A stretch of DNA of 64,000 bases from positions 371,005 to 435,004 of the IMG/VR virus record IMGVR_UViG_3300027740_000003; one strand, written 5' to 3'. This document shows, one piece after another, positions 29,300 through 38,935 of this stretch. The stretch comes from a virus (taxonomy: Duplodnaviria; Caudoviricetes). The notes under the pieces were generated by a model. That model was not told the origin of the DNA and made no database searches. It saw only the letters and a program-made list of their open reading frames with translations. The translations under genes and the position numbers were made by a program. How positions within the stretch are numbered: position 1 is the stretch's first letter; each line of letters opens with the position of its first letter.

Positions 29300-29463
29300 T
29301 CTCTCTTAACAATCTCTCTAATAAATTCTTTTGAAATATGAGAGTCCTCAATTGCCAAATTGCCATAAACAAATGATACGGCTTGCTCAAACCTTTCTTC
29401 ATCAGTCATTTTATAATCTTTAACTGATTCAAGCAATTCTTTAAGCTCTTTAGACATCGTCAT
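29281..29463 (-). CDS. small hypothetical protein without the tail
   Basis: MTDEERFEQAVSFVYGN; ATGA-coupled. Confidence 0.65.
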   Translation of the reverse strand: MTMSKELKELLESVKDYKMTDEERFEQAVSFVYGNLAIEDSHISKEFIREIVKREWDKNK

Positions 29464-29744
29464 TCTATTATATCCTTAATCATTAAGTCGTCTTCGGTAA
29501 GAATTTGCATCATTTTTATTTGATTTAGTGTTAAAAATCCATTAGTATAATAACCGTCATCATAAAAAATTATATACGACATCATTTCTTCATCTCCATT
29601 TAAAACCACTTCAATCCAATGATTATAGTGCTTAAAAACATCTTCTAAAAATGGGGATTTAATAAACCACCCATCACCAAAATAACCACTACAACGTGCT
29701 AATTTTCCTCCCTTAACATAAAATGTTTTATGACCAACCAACAT
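29460..29744 (-). CDS. MIKDIIE-tail protein
   Basis: Ends ILTEDDLMIKDIIE. Confidence 0.85.
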   Translation of the reverse strand: MLVGHKTFYVKGGKLARCSGYFGDGWFIKSPFLEDVFKHYNHWIEVVLNGDEEMMSYIIFYDDGYYTNGFLTLNQIKMMQILTEDDLMIKDIIE

Positions 29745-30019
29745 TATTCAATAATATCCTTTATCATTATTTCGTCTTCAGTGAGAATTTGTAATGAATC
29801 CAGCATTTCCTCAGAAAGAAAACCAGAACCCACTTTACCATCTTCAAAAAAAATTATATATGATATAAACTCTTCGGTTTGAGACAAAATATGCTTCATC
29901 CTATTTGCATAAAACTTCAATGTTTCTTGAGTATTTTCCTTAATAATTTTAAACTTAGCAGGCCCAACGTAAGCCTCTTTGCCATCTTTAACATAAAATG
30001 TTTTATGACCAACCAACAT
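29744..30019 (-). CDS. MIKDIIE-tail protein
   Basis: Ends ILTEDEIMIKDIIE. Confidence 0.85.
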   Translation of the reverse strand: MLVGHKTFYVKDGKEAYVGPAKFKIIKENTQETLKFYANRMKHILSQTEEFISYIIFFEDGKVGSGFLSEEMLDSLQILTEDEIMIKDIIE

Positions 30020-30297
30020 TATTCAATAATGTCCTTAATCATTAAATCATCATCAGTCAATACATAAATGTTAGTTTCTCTGTTAGAAAAATATCTATAA
30101 TCAACATTACCTTCGGGCCAGAAAATTGTTAAAAATAAAAAACAATAATTATCTTTTTTATTTAATGCTTTAATAGCATTATCACAACACCAATTCCTTT
30201 CCTCACTATTATTACGTAATTCCTTATTAAAATTAAATAGATGATCTCCTTCCTTTAAAACAATTACTTTATAGTTAAATTCATCTGGGGCTTCCAT
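30019..30297 (-). CDS. MIKDIIE-tail protein
   Basis: Ends VLTDDDLMIKDIIE. Confidence 0.85.
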   Translation of the reverse strand: MEAPDEFNYKVIVLKEGDHLFNFNKELRNNSEERNWCCDNAIKALNKKDNYCFLFLTIFWPEGNVDYRYFSNRETNIYVLTDDDLMIKDIIE

Positions 30298-31070
30298 TTG
30301 TCTTCACCCTTCCACCCGCCAAAAACATACCCTCGATCCTTATAACCATTCCCGCTAGCGTTGTCAATAAGCCGAATTGAACAATTCCCCGGCCCTCTCT
30401 CTTCCTCAAACCACTCATATCTATAATGCAACCATGTCATCGTAAATAACCTAGATACAGTTCCGTGGCAAACAATTATATGGTCTTGAATTCCTTGCTC
30501 CTCATCCCGGTTCAATGTTCCATTAAATTGTCTCAACCTACAACATACATCAAATGCACTCTCCCCCATCGGGTATCTGGCCCAAAATTTTCCATTTGCC
30601 TCTTTCTGCCTCATAAAACATTCGTTCTCACCAGGGAATTTACTCTGCTGTTCCTCATCACTTAATCCATCAAATAACCCAAATTGCTGCTCGCATAACA
30701 ACACATCCTCCCTGGTGTCTTTAATATTCTCCCCAATCAATCCTCCAATTATTGAGGCAGTTTCCCTGGCTCTTCGATATGGAGAGTTCCACAATCTAGA
30801 CTTATACATCTCGTTCTTTATTTTATTAATATCTTGTCCTTGTTGTCCAGCAAGACTCATTATTGTTCCAAACAAATTCTCAGCCAACGCATTTTGCATA
30901 ACTATTGCTGGAGGATGATCTTTCAGGAATTTATTTAAAAATTGTCCAGCTGCTTGTGCTTGTTCCATTCCCCGATTAGAAAGAGGAATATCGTGGTCTG
31001 GAGCGGATTTGTGCAAATTTTGATTTGCGTTCGCTTCTGATTCACCATGTCTAATTAGAAATATTCTCAT
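30264..31070 (-). CDS. histidine phosphatase (phosphoglycerate mutase) family protein
   Basis: RHGES, SPYRRARETA, VCHG, GPGNCS. Confidence 0.92.
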   Translation of the reverse strand: MRIFLIRHGESEANANQNLHKSAPDHDIPLSNRGMEQAQAAGQFLNKFLKDHPPAIVMQNALAENLFGTIMSLAGQQGQDINKIKNEMYKSRLWNSPYRRARETASIIGGLIGENIKDTREDVLLCEQQFGLFDGLSDEEQQSKFPGENECFMRQKEANGKFWARYPMGESAFDVCCRLRQFNGTLNRDEEQGIQDHIIVCHGTVSRLFTMTWLHYRYEWFEEERGPGNCSIRLIDNASGNGYKDRGYVFGGWKGEDKWKPQMNLTIK

Positions 31071-31107
31071 TTTCTAAACCTCCAAATTACAATGTTCTTA
31101 TAAAAAA

Positions 31108-31335
31108 CTACGGTAGCATTTCATCAAGATCACAAACTTTGCCAGTTGTAATATACACATATAACAAATATATAGGAACCATAATTAAAAGCAGAAATAA
31201 AAACAGCAAACACAACGCAAATAATAAAACGCCCCATATTGGACATGTTAATACTACTAATGTTCTAAATAATATTCCTGCCCAATCTTTTCTATTTTCT
31301 AAATTTTTCCACAACTTTTGCAATTTCTTCCACAT
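31108..31335 (-). CDS. membrane protein
   Basis: Long hydrophobic stretch. Confidence 0.55.
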   Translation of the reverse strand: MWKKLQKLWKNLENRKDWAGILFRTLVVLTCPIWGVLLFALCLLFLFLLLIMVPIYLLYVYITTGKVCDLDEMLP

Positions 31336-31867
31336 TTGCCATTGCTCCTATTCCAACTGTTCCACAAGCCAATTGTTTTTCCACCGGACCAACAAAAACA
31401 CATTTTGGATCATATATTCTATAATTGTGATTATTTTCCAACAGCTTTATGCACTTATCCGTAGACGGATGTTTCCACATATTCGTATTCATTGCTGGCG
31501 CCAACACAACTGGTTTGTCTATATCATAGCACCTATAGATACATGTAAGTAGATTATCACAAATACCATTAGCTATTTTACCCAATGTATTTGCAGACAA
31601 AGGCGCAATAACAAGAACATCTGCCCATTCAGCAAGATCTACATGAAAGACAGGGTCTCCTTTTTTATTCCATTGCCATTCTTTATTATCATATAATATT
31701 TCTTTAAACCAAGACTCTGTGTCAACGGACCAATCTACTGTATCTAAAATTTTTGCGGCAGATTGTGTTGCAACTGTTTTTACATCTCCAATATCTAAAA
31801 GTCTGCGTTCTAACTTCTGTGCTACTATTGTCGCTACTGAACCAGTTAGACCCAAAAGTATATTCAT
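31292..31867 (-). CDS. coaC: phosphopantothenoylcysteine decarboxylase-like flavoprotein (HFCD family)
   Basis: LGLTGSVA, HVDLAEWAD, APLSANTLGKIANGICDNLLT, APAMNTNM, LACGTVGIG. Confidence 0.88.
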   Translation of the reverse strand: MNILLGLTGSVATIVAQKLERRLLDIGDVKTVATQSAAKILDTVDWSVDTESWFKEILYDNKEWQWNKKGDPVFHVDLAEWADVLVIAPLSANTLGKIANGICDNLLTCIYRCYDIDKPVVLAPAMNTNMWKHPSTDKCIKLLENNHNYRIYDPKCVFVGPVEKQLACGTVGIGAMANVEEIAKVVEKFRK

Positions 31868-31873
31868 TCAGTT

Positions 31874-32398
31874 TTATAGTTCCTTTCCATCAACAAACAA
31901 CTTGACTTCAACCTTTGCTACAACATATATATCTTCGTCGTTATCAATATCATAAACCTCAATATCAAACCCTTCATCACTATTACTTTCTGCTTCTTGT
32001 GTATATAAATCTACTAAATCATTTCTATCGCAAAAAGATCCGTTTGATCCGCTTCCCCAAGAACATTTGGCATAATATGGTTTTTCCGTATTTTCTTTTA
32101 AAGAAAATCTCTCAATTGTATCTTTTGTAATATTTTTTAATTTTATATTTAGAAAATTTTCAGCAACCCTAATTGCCCTATCATCTAATTGTAGGAATTT
32201 TGCTTCCTTTTTCTTTTGTTCCGCTAATAAATTATCATGTTCTTCTTTGGAAATTATTTTATAGTTAGAAATTTTCTTTTTTGGGGCACTAACAATACAA
32301 TAAGCTTTTACATATTCTTCGGCCTCCTCAAATGAATCCTTTCTAATTTCCATCCATTTTCCCAAACCATCCCTCTTTATCAAAGCAAAATAGAACAT
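31874..32398 (-). CDS. hypothetical protein
   Basis: 174 aa lying between coaB and coaC. Confidence 0.65.
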   Translation of the reverse strand: MFYFALIKRDGLGKWMEIRKDSFEEAEEYVKAYCIVSAPKKKISNYKIISKEEHDNLLAEQKKKEAKFLQLDDRAIRVAENFLNIKLKNITKDTIERFSLKENTEKPYYAKCSWGSGSNGSFCDRNDLVDLYTQEAESNSDEGFDIEVYDIDNDEDIYVVAKVEVKLFVDGKEL

Positions 32399-32399
32399 A

Positions 32400-33080
32400 T
32401 TATTTTCTCACCTTCTTTATTACTTTTTCCAATTCCCGAGGCAACCAATTTCTGCAAACTGGTTTATTTATTCCATCGGCCAATATTATAGCCCGGTCTT
32501 TTGCCCATTCAAGACAATTTGCTACAATTATGTCGGCACCAGATGCTACCCGACTCTTTTCTGCTATTTCAATCAATTCCTCATCAGATATTCCTACCTG
32601 CAATTTAAATTTTACCAACGTTCCTTTAAAACCCCATTCTCTAATCTTATCAATAATCTTTTCTGTTTTTACTAACTTTAAATATAATACATCATGATCT
32701 GAGGATATCTTGGCAGAATTATCTATTTGTACTAAATTTCCCCCAACAACACCATCTACTTTATAATCGCTTACAGCAGCAGAATGTATTATTACATCAT
32801 AGCGTTCGGTTTTAATCGATTGTTCCATAATAGTATAGAGCTCATCATATGTTCTATAAGAAGAACAAACATAATCTAAATGCCAATAAATTTCATTGTC
32901 CATCAGTTTTTCAGTAATGTTTTTGTTTGAAATTAAATGAATATAATTTTTCTTATCAAGAAAGTGTTGAGCCAAATCATAGCCCGTTTTTCCTTTAAAA
33001 ATATTTGTTATACTTCTAACTTTATCTATCGGGACTTCTGTATGCCCACCTGTTATTAATATTCTCATAGTTCGTTCCAT
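32400..33080 (-). CDS. coaB: phosphopantothenate-cysteine ligase-like protein
   Basis: ITGGHTEVPIDKVRSITN..GKTG, HSAAVSDY, LVKFKL, IIVAN. Confidence 0.88.
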   Translation of the reverse strand: MERTMRILITGGHTEVPIDKVRSITNIFKGKTGYDLAQHFLDKKNYIHLISNKNITEKLMDNEIYWHLDYVCSSYRTYDELYTIMEQSIKTERYDVIIHSAAVSDYKVDGVVGGNLVQIDNSAKISSDHDVLYLKLVKTEKIIDKIREWGFKGTLVKFKLQVGISDEELIEIAEKSRVASGADIIVANCLEWAKDRAIILADGINKPVCRNWLPRELEKVIKKVRK

Positions 33081-34567
33081 TTATCTAGAGGTAAAACGTC
33101 TGGTCTTTGTTGTTTATGCAACCTCTTATAAATACTGGACACTAGCCGTTTACGGCTGCGTTGTAAAAACACTAGACTCTTCATCTCATAATGTGATGGA
33201 ATCCTATAATGCTTCACAGACACTTTGGTTCCAGGTTCTACCCCTTGCATATTTATCTGAACAAAAGAATAATCTTTTATTTTGCTTTTCAAGCTATTAC
33301 CAGATTCATCTTTAATATCAATAACTAATCCAATGAAACATGGACCATAATTTTTGAACTTCCTTCCTCCCATATAACACTCTTTTGTGTTATTAGGAAT
33401 TGTTCCATCACATCTGACCACTGCATCGAATTCACTTATTCCATCAAATAAAGATATCTTATCATCTAATAAAGATACAACATCGTATAATTTCCCATCT
33501 TTCTCTATTTTGCAAGGCAGGGAGTCTTGTATTAAAATTACATATTCCTGGAATATTCTGGCTTGCAACGGAAAATCAGCGCTCTGTTTTAGATGGGCCA
33601 AATAAGATATCATCTCTTCTGGATACTTATCCACCATTTTAGCATATGCCTCATACATAGACACTTTTTGAAGCATTGTTCCTTTAGAATTTGTTCTTTT
33701 CACCTGTTCTAATTGTTGTTCAATTACTTCTTTTATTATAGCTAATTCTGATTCAAAACTTTGATTAACCTGAATTTTTAAATCTGGGTTGGCAATCTCT
33801 TCTTTTATTAGATCTAATAATTCAACACCATCACTTGATTCATTAATATTATTTCTAGCTGGAGATTGCAAACTTATGTTGTATTGTTTTCCTTGTCCAA
33901 CAGGATGATTCATCTTCTCCAAATCAGCTAAGCTTCCAAAAAAGAAACAATCTGGATATGGGCAAACAATACCAGAATCACTATTAGAGGATTCAGGAAT
34001 AAACCTAGCACATTCAGGACATTTATATCCTTTCTTTGTATGATATTCAAATGCCCGATGTAGTTTAATTTTTGATTCCAAAGACATTGATATGTCTTTA
34101 TTATTTAGAATCATTTTTGATATTGTTTCAATTTTATTGGAACATTCTGGACATTTCCAAAGTGCACCATGAGCTTGAAGATATTCTTTTTGATTATCAT
34201 ATTTACATCCCGGACAAACGAGAAAATTGGTCTTTTTTTGACCTTCTACGTTTGATTTTATTGATCCGGTTAAAGTAGATAAACATTTAAGAAGATAAGT
34301 ATTTATATCTCTTCCCTGACGCCAATGTTCATATTTAAACAAATATGTATTTAAAGCAGACCTAAATTCTTCTTTTGCTCTTTCTGTAAATGCTTTTAAT
34401 GGCAAAGATGCTCCATCAGCAAAAGCCTCCCGGCCATAAGCAAAATAAGCAAACTGACGTATTTTCGGCTCGTAATATTCTAAAAGCTTAGGAACTATCC
34501 ACTCATCTATATCATTTTCAGAAAGAAATGCTGCAACTTGATTTATTTGTTGTGTTATATCGCCCAT
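33065..34567 (-). CDS. Zn-ribbon protein with sigma70-like segments
   Basis: Three CxxC pairs plus CPYPDC; ISLQSP...DGVELLDLI...NPD resembles sigma region 3.2; INTYLLKCL resembles region 2. Confidence 0.45.
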   Translation of the reverse strand: MGDITQQINQVAAFLSENDIDEWIVPKLLEYYEPKIRQFAYFAYGREAFADGASLPLKAFTERAKEEFRSALNTYLFKYEHWRQGRDINTYLLKCLSTLTGSIKSNVEGQKKTNFLVCPGCKYDNQKEYLQAHGALWKCPECSNKIETISKMILNNKDISMSLESKIKLHRAFEYHTKKGYKCPECARFIPESSNSDSGIVCPYPDCFFFGSLADLEKMNHPVGQGKQYNISLQSPARNNINESSDGVELLDLIKEEIANPDLKIQVNQSFESELAIIKEVIEQQLEQVKRTNSKGTMLQKVSMYEAYAKMVDKYPEEMISYLAHLKQSADFPLQARIFQEYVILIQDSLPCKIEKDGKLYDVVSLLDDKISLFDGISEFDAVVRCDGTIPNNTKECYMGGRKFKNYGPCFIGLVIDIKDESGNSLKSKIKDYSFVQINMQGVEPGTKVSVKHYRIPSHYEMKSLVFLQRSRKRLVSSIYKRLHKQQRPDVLPLDKWNEL

Positions 34568-34590
34568 GTTTTACGTTTCTTATGGAGACT

Positions 34591-35238
34591 TTAGCAATCA
34601 TCTGCAACGCTCCATGGAAGTTCTTTTCTTAGATCATTTATTCTAAAATCTGGGAATAAAGACCCGTTAGTAATCACAAAATCATTTATAGATCTAATTA
34701 CGGGTGCTAAATAAGTTTCTACAATAGACCCATAGAAACCAATTAGCACAGCTTCTTCTTTTGTTATTTTGCGACAATAATGATTCCAGTGAGGATTGGT
34801 GGTTAGAAATAACGCCAGCACGTCTGCTGAATCGACATCTAAAACAATTGCTTGATGTATTTTCCCACCATCAATATGATCAACAACGGACCCAGATTGG
34901 ATTTTAATACAACCCTCTCCTCCTAACTTAACACTATATTGATCGTAAAGTCTATTAGCTTCACTTTCGGCATCTTTAAATGTTTTAAATGCCCTATAAT
35001 GATATTCTATAATTTCTGACCCCCTTGAGTCATATTTCTTCAATATATTGTTCTTTTTAGATGATTTTGCAAAGAAAGATACAATCTTTCCTCTCTCATT
35101 TCTAGCAACTCCAAAAATCCACTCCTCTAAATTTTCCATATGATTTATCATCCAAACCAAATGTGTTATTTTATTATATCTTTTAGCTTTAGTATTATCT
35201 TTATTACTACGCATTATATTTTGCCTACAAAAGCACAT
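34591..35238 (-). CDS. hypothetical protein, C-terminal half weakly PemK-like
   Basis: GSVV...HQAIVL...VLALFLTT. Confidence 0.4.
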   Translation of the reverse strand: MCFCRQNIMRSNKDNTKAKRYNKITHLVWMINHMENLEEWIFGVARNERGKIVSFFAKSSKKNNILKKYDSRGSEIIEYHYRAFKTFKDAESEANRLYDQYSVKLGGEGCIKIQSGSVVDHIDGGKIHQAIVLDVDSADVLALFLTTNPHWNHYCRKITKEEAVLIGFYGSIVETYLAPVIRSINDFVITNGSLFPDFRINDLRKELPWSVADDC

Positions 35239-36215
35239 TGAAACCTAACAAAGTCATGAACTGGACTTTTAATAATAGCATCTCCTCTTCCAAGAAGATT
35301 CTCTGCCCCGACCTGATCTAAAATAACTTTAGAATCAATTCCAGAACTCACTTTGCAAGCCAACCGTGCGGGGAAGTTGGTTTTAATCAAACCCGTAAGT
35401 ACATCAACACTAGGCCTCTGTGTTGCCAGAATAATATAAATTCCCGCAGCCCTTGCTTTCGCAGCTAAAGAACATAAACTCTCCTCAAATCCTCCCCGCC
35501 GCGGATTCTTCTTTCTAGAATCCTGAATCATTAAATCAGCAACCTCATCAATTATTACAATTATTTTATTAAATACATTAGGACAATCAATTACATTTCT
35601 TATTCCCATAACTTCCATAAGAGAATATCTCTTGTCCATAATAATCCGCAATACATCAAGCATTGCCATCGTTTCATCATAATCTTTAGCAATACAAGCA
35701 GAATCTTTATAAATTCCAAATTCTACACCAAATTTAGGATCAGAAAGATATAAATCAACATCCTTCCTGGCTAAAGCATTCGCAATAATAACATGCAATA
35801 AACAGCTTTTACCACTGCCGCTTGCCCCCGACACCAGCAAATGAGGTAGCGTGGCCATGTCAAGCCATAGGAGCTCCCCAGAATCGCTTTCACCAATCAG
35901 GAAGGGTAGGATGCCGTGTGGCACCAGCTCCCTTTTAAAAAGCCCGTCAAGAGGCAGAATATCTGCTTCTCGGAAAGCCACCTTAACTCTAACCACTCCC
36001 TTCTCAGGGTAAGGAACAACAATAGGAGTCGTCTTGCTCTTTAAGAGCAATCCCAACTCCCGCGCCGACATCTCTATTTTTCTTATCCTAGAACCTTGGT
36101 CTAAATAAAGATCGAAAAAAGCCAAATGTCTGTGCTGCTTTGCATTGACACATCTTGCATTGATATCCAAAGATCTCAATGCTTCGTTCATCTGAACAAC
36201 TAGATCCTGTGTCAT
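35214..36215 (-). CDS. ftsK: FtsK/SpoIIIE-family ATPase, motor domain only
   Basis: PHLLVSGASGSGKS, VIIDEVADL, KARAAGIYIILATQRPS, GAENLLGRGD; no TM or gamma domain. Confidence 0.9.
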   Translation of the reverse strand: MTQDLVVQMNEALRSLDINARCVNAKQHRHLAFFDLYLDQGSRIRKIEMSARELGLLLKSKTTPIVVPYPEKGVVRVKVAFREADILPLDGLFKRELVPHGILPFLIGESDSGELLWLDMATLPHLLVSGASGSGKSCLLHVIIANALARKDVDLYLSDPKFGVEFGIYKDSACIAKDYDETMAMLDVLRIIMDKRYSLMEVMGIRNVIDCPNVFNKIIVIIDEVADLMIQDSRKKNPRRGGFEESLCSLAAKARAAGIYIILATQRPSVDVLTGLIKTNFPARLACKVSSGIDSKVILDQVGAENLLGRGDAIIKSPVHDFVRFQCAFVGKI

Positions 36216-36221
36216 GTGGTC

Positions 36222-36250
36222 AATCTAACCCGTCCCGAGCCGTCTGTCAA
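36222..36250 (-). promoter_or_regulatory. sigma70-type promoter, probable leaderless start
   Basis: TTGACA-N17-TAGATT-N6-ATG(36215). Confidence 0.75.
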
Positions 36251-36441
36251 CCCAACCCCACGGAACCATTCCAGATTCCTAAATACATCGCCTGTTCAAC
36301 CAGTCGCTTGAAAACATTTATATCTATACTGTCATCCCCGTCTAACACATCCGTCGATGTCTGGAGCAATCGCTCTACCTCAGGGTGGTTCACGTATAGT
36401 TTAATTAACTGTTGCATTATTCTTTCAAATCCTCTCCCCAA
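36247..36441 (-). CDS. hypothetical protein
   Basis: About 55-64 aa; its stop lies in the promoter -35 box. Confidence 0.55.
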   Translation of the reverse strand: MGRGFERIMQQLIKLYVNHPEVERLLQTSTDVLDGDDSIDINVFKRLVEQAMYLGIWNGSVGLG

Positions 36442-36638
36442 TATAAAGAATCCACATTGATAACGTATGGATTAATTATATTAGCAACAACTTCCATTAT
36501 CCTTTTGTCGGAATTGTTTTTAAACAATACAACCTCATCTGGCCCCAACTCAGAATGAATTTTATCTAAAATTTTATTACAACTCTGTCCATTTCCAGAG
36601 GCAATTAGTGTTGAAAAACATTGGGCTATGGTTGGCAT
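36417..36638 (-). CDS. hypothetical protein
   Basis: 73 aa directly after a promoter. Confidence 0.6.
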   Translation of the reverse strand: MPTIAQCFSTLIASGNGQSCNKILDKIHSELGPDEVVLFKNNSDKRIMEVVANIINPYVINVDSLYWGEDLKE

Positions 36639-36644
36639 GATGCT

Positions 36645-36673
36645 AACTTAACCACCAACTAGCGATCTGTCAA
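36645..36673 (-). promoter_or_regulatory. sigma70-type promoter, probable leaderless start
   Basis: TTGACA-N17-TAAGTT-N6-ATG(36638). Confidence 0.7.
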
Positions 36674-36681
36674 GTGTTTAA

Positions 36682-37062
36682 TTATAGTTTTGTTTCGTAA
36701 TGCTTGGCCAAAGTAGGAACAGACAGGTGAAGTTTAACATTATCTCCCGGATGGAAAGCATGTTTTGATGAAGTACCGGCCGGCAGTTCAATAACTAGAT
36801 CTGTTGGTTCATTGGGTCCAACAAACTTTTCTGAAAGAGGTTCTCCAGAACATATTTGAACAATCTTTCCCGCTTTACAGAATATAATATCCAATGGAGA
36901 AACTGTATTTTTCATCCAAAATTTTCTTTTTGCTTCTGTATTAAATGGAAAAGACATTACTGGAGGAGGCCAATTAGCATACATTAAACCTCTCTCTTGT
37001 TCCTCATCTGTAATTGCTACAAGTGTTGGAAACATCCTTCCATTTATAATAATTTTATCCAT
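36682..37062 (-). CDS. DUF192-family protein
   Basis: VAITDEEQERGLMY, FWMKNTVSPLDIIF, VIELPAG; start refined to ATG 37062. Confidence 0.88.
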   Translation of the reverse strand: MDKIIINGRMFPTLVAITDEEQERGLMYANWPPPVMSFPFNTEAKRKFWMKNTVSPLDIIFCKAGKIVQICSGEPLSEKFVGPNEPTDLVIELPAGTSSKHAFHPGDNVKLHLSVPTLAKHYETKL

Positions 37063-38569
37063 TCTTCTCCGATTCCCCACTAATAGATTTTCCCTGCATA
37101 TCTTGAACATCATTAACAAGCTTCTTTACTTCATTAGCCATGCTTGTTATGTCAATCTGATTGATTGGACCAATATCATGCTTCTCGCCCGAGGCCCTCT
37201 GTTGTCCATAAAAGGTATTATGATTGTTAGCAAATTGAACAAAATCATAAGCAATTACAGCAATTTCCTTATATAAATCAGAAAGCATAATAAATAATTC
37301 GGCAATTTTAGTATCTTTCCTCTCCAAAAGATCCATGACAGCATTCATAAGAAGAGAAAGATTCCTTAACTTCTTTACTGTATCTAATTTAGATTTTGAG
37401 AATTCATCAAAATAAAGACTCAATGTCATTCTTCGCATCCATCTTTCAAATTCCCTCGCTGCTACTTTTTCAAACACTCTATCTGCTTTCTTTATTTGCA
37501 TTAATAGATTATATAATTCTTCAAAAGAACTTGCTTTTTGATTTAATTTCTTATTTAGAACGCTTAACAAATCTTTATATCCTTTTTGAAAAGCATTAAA
37601 GTCAACTTCTTTCTCAGCCACAATAGCTGTTGCTATCTTTATTAACTCATTAGCTAATGATTTAAACTCATTGATATCAACAATTTCTCCTTCTATAGCC
37701 TTTAATTCAACCAAAGAATTATGTCTAGCAATAGTAGGTTTAATGCTCTGAAGATCGGCAACTATATTCTTAGCCCTAACTATTTGTTCTGCTTTTGTAT
37801 CAATTGGACCTTCTGGTTTAGGAAGAGTGTCTGGCTTAGCAGCATCTTCTTGTTCTGCTTTATTCCTGCTTTCTTCTAATTTTTTCTTAGTTTCCTGAAA
37901 AGCTTCGGATGGGTTTTTAACTTCAACAGTTTTTAATAGATTATCAAACTCTTCTTTTTTAACACCAGTAAGTTCTTGTCTTTGCCTATCAACTTCAAAA
38001 TTAATCTTGTCAATAAATCTATTTCTGAACAGACCAAGAAATCTTAAATATGTAAAGAAGGAATGAGTTAGGGCTTTTTTGTCTTGTCCGGCAAGAACAT
38101 ACTCAACATCATTAATTTGTTCTTGAAGTTCTGACAATGATGATAACAAACGAAGTCTAGTTTTAGTAGCTTTATCGTCTTTGAACCATGGTGTTTGAGT
38201 CCAGATTGACCATATCCTAGATAAAGGAGTCGAAGCCATTTTATAAGAAGCTTGAATTGGTTGAATTTCTTTTTGGCTATGTCGCCGAGTTTTGGAATAT
38301 TCTTCCTGATGTTCGACAATCTGTCTGGCTATATTGGCTAAATTATTGAATCTACTAGACATTTCTTCAATGTATGTAGAAATTTCAGGAGGAAGAGGAT
38401 CTTTAATATTGGATGGAGGAAGCCCGGCCTGGGCATCACCTCTACCAGCAATACCCCTTTTTAAAGCAATGGATTGGGCAATGAAAACCTTCATTTCCTT
38501 TTGCCATTCCTTTTTGAGGTCCCGTAGGGATTGTTGCTTGGGGTCAGTGGATCTCGCTAATTTCTCCAT
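37055..38569 (-). CDS. large helical hypothetical protein, possibly virion-associated
   Basis: 504 aa with repeated K-x-A segments (EKLAR, YKMAS, EKVAA). Confidence 0.7.
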   Translation of the reverse strand: MEKLARSTDPKQQSLRDLKKEWQKEMKVFIAQSIALKRGIAGRGDAQAGLPPSNIKDPLPPEISTYIEEMSSRFNNLANIARQIVEHQEEYSKTRRHSQKEIQPIQASYKMASTPLSRIWSIWTQTPWFKDDKATKTRLRLLSSLSELQEQINDVEYVLAGQDKKALTHSFFTYLRFLGLFRNRFIDKINFEVDRQRQELTGVKKEEFDNLLKTVEVKNPSEAFQETKKKLEESRNKAEQEDAAKPDTLPKPEGPIDTKAEQIVRAKNIVADLQSIKPTIARHNSLVELKAIEGEIVDINEFKSLANELIKIATAIVAEKEVDFNAFQKGYKDLLSVLNKKLNQKASSFEELYNLLMQIKKADRVFEKVAAREFERWMRRMTLSLYFDEFSKSKLDTVKKLRNLSLLMNAVMDLLERKDTKIAELFIMLSDLYKEIAVIAYDFVQFANNHNTFYGQQRASGEKHDIGPINQIDITSMANEVKKLVNDVQDMQGKSISGESEKNG

Positions 38570-38587
38570 GCTATAATGTAATATTAT

Positions 38588-38935
38588 TCAGTGTTTAAAT
38601 CTTTCAACAAACTTTCTGTTATTGCAACAGTCTTGTTTCATGCTATAAATGTTGAAGCATTTAGAACATTGTGTTGCAAATTTAGAGATCTCTTTATATT
38701 TAAAAGAGGAAGAACGAAAATATAAAAATTCTCTAGAAAGAAAATTCTCACTATATATACTATAGTAAGAAAATTTATACCTTGGTATATTCGACCAATG
38801 CCTGGAATAATCTTTCCCCACTACTATAAAATCAGCAGCAGAACATAACAACAATTCAGAACCACAATTCTTGCATCTTGTGTGAAGATGCAATGTAGGT
38901 GGACCCATTCTACATTGTGCAATTCTTTTTCTCAT
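38588..38935 (-). CDS. CxxC...CxxC Zn-binding protein (paralogue 3)
   Basis: RCKNCGSEL...QCSKC. Confidence 0.65.
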   Translation of the reverse strand: MRKRIAQCRMGPPTLHLHTRCKNCGSELLLCSAADFIVVGKDYSRHWSNIPRYKFSYYSIYSENFLSREFLYFRSSSFKYKEISKFATQCSKCFNIYSMKQDCCNNRKFVERFKH

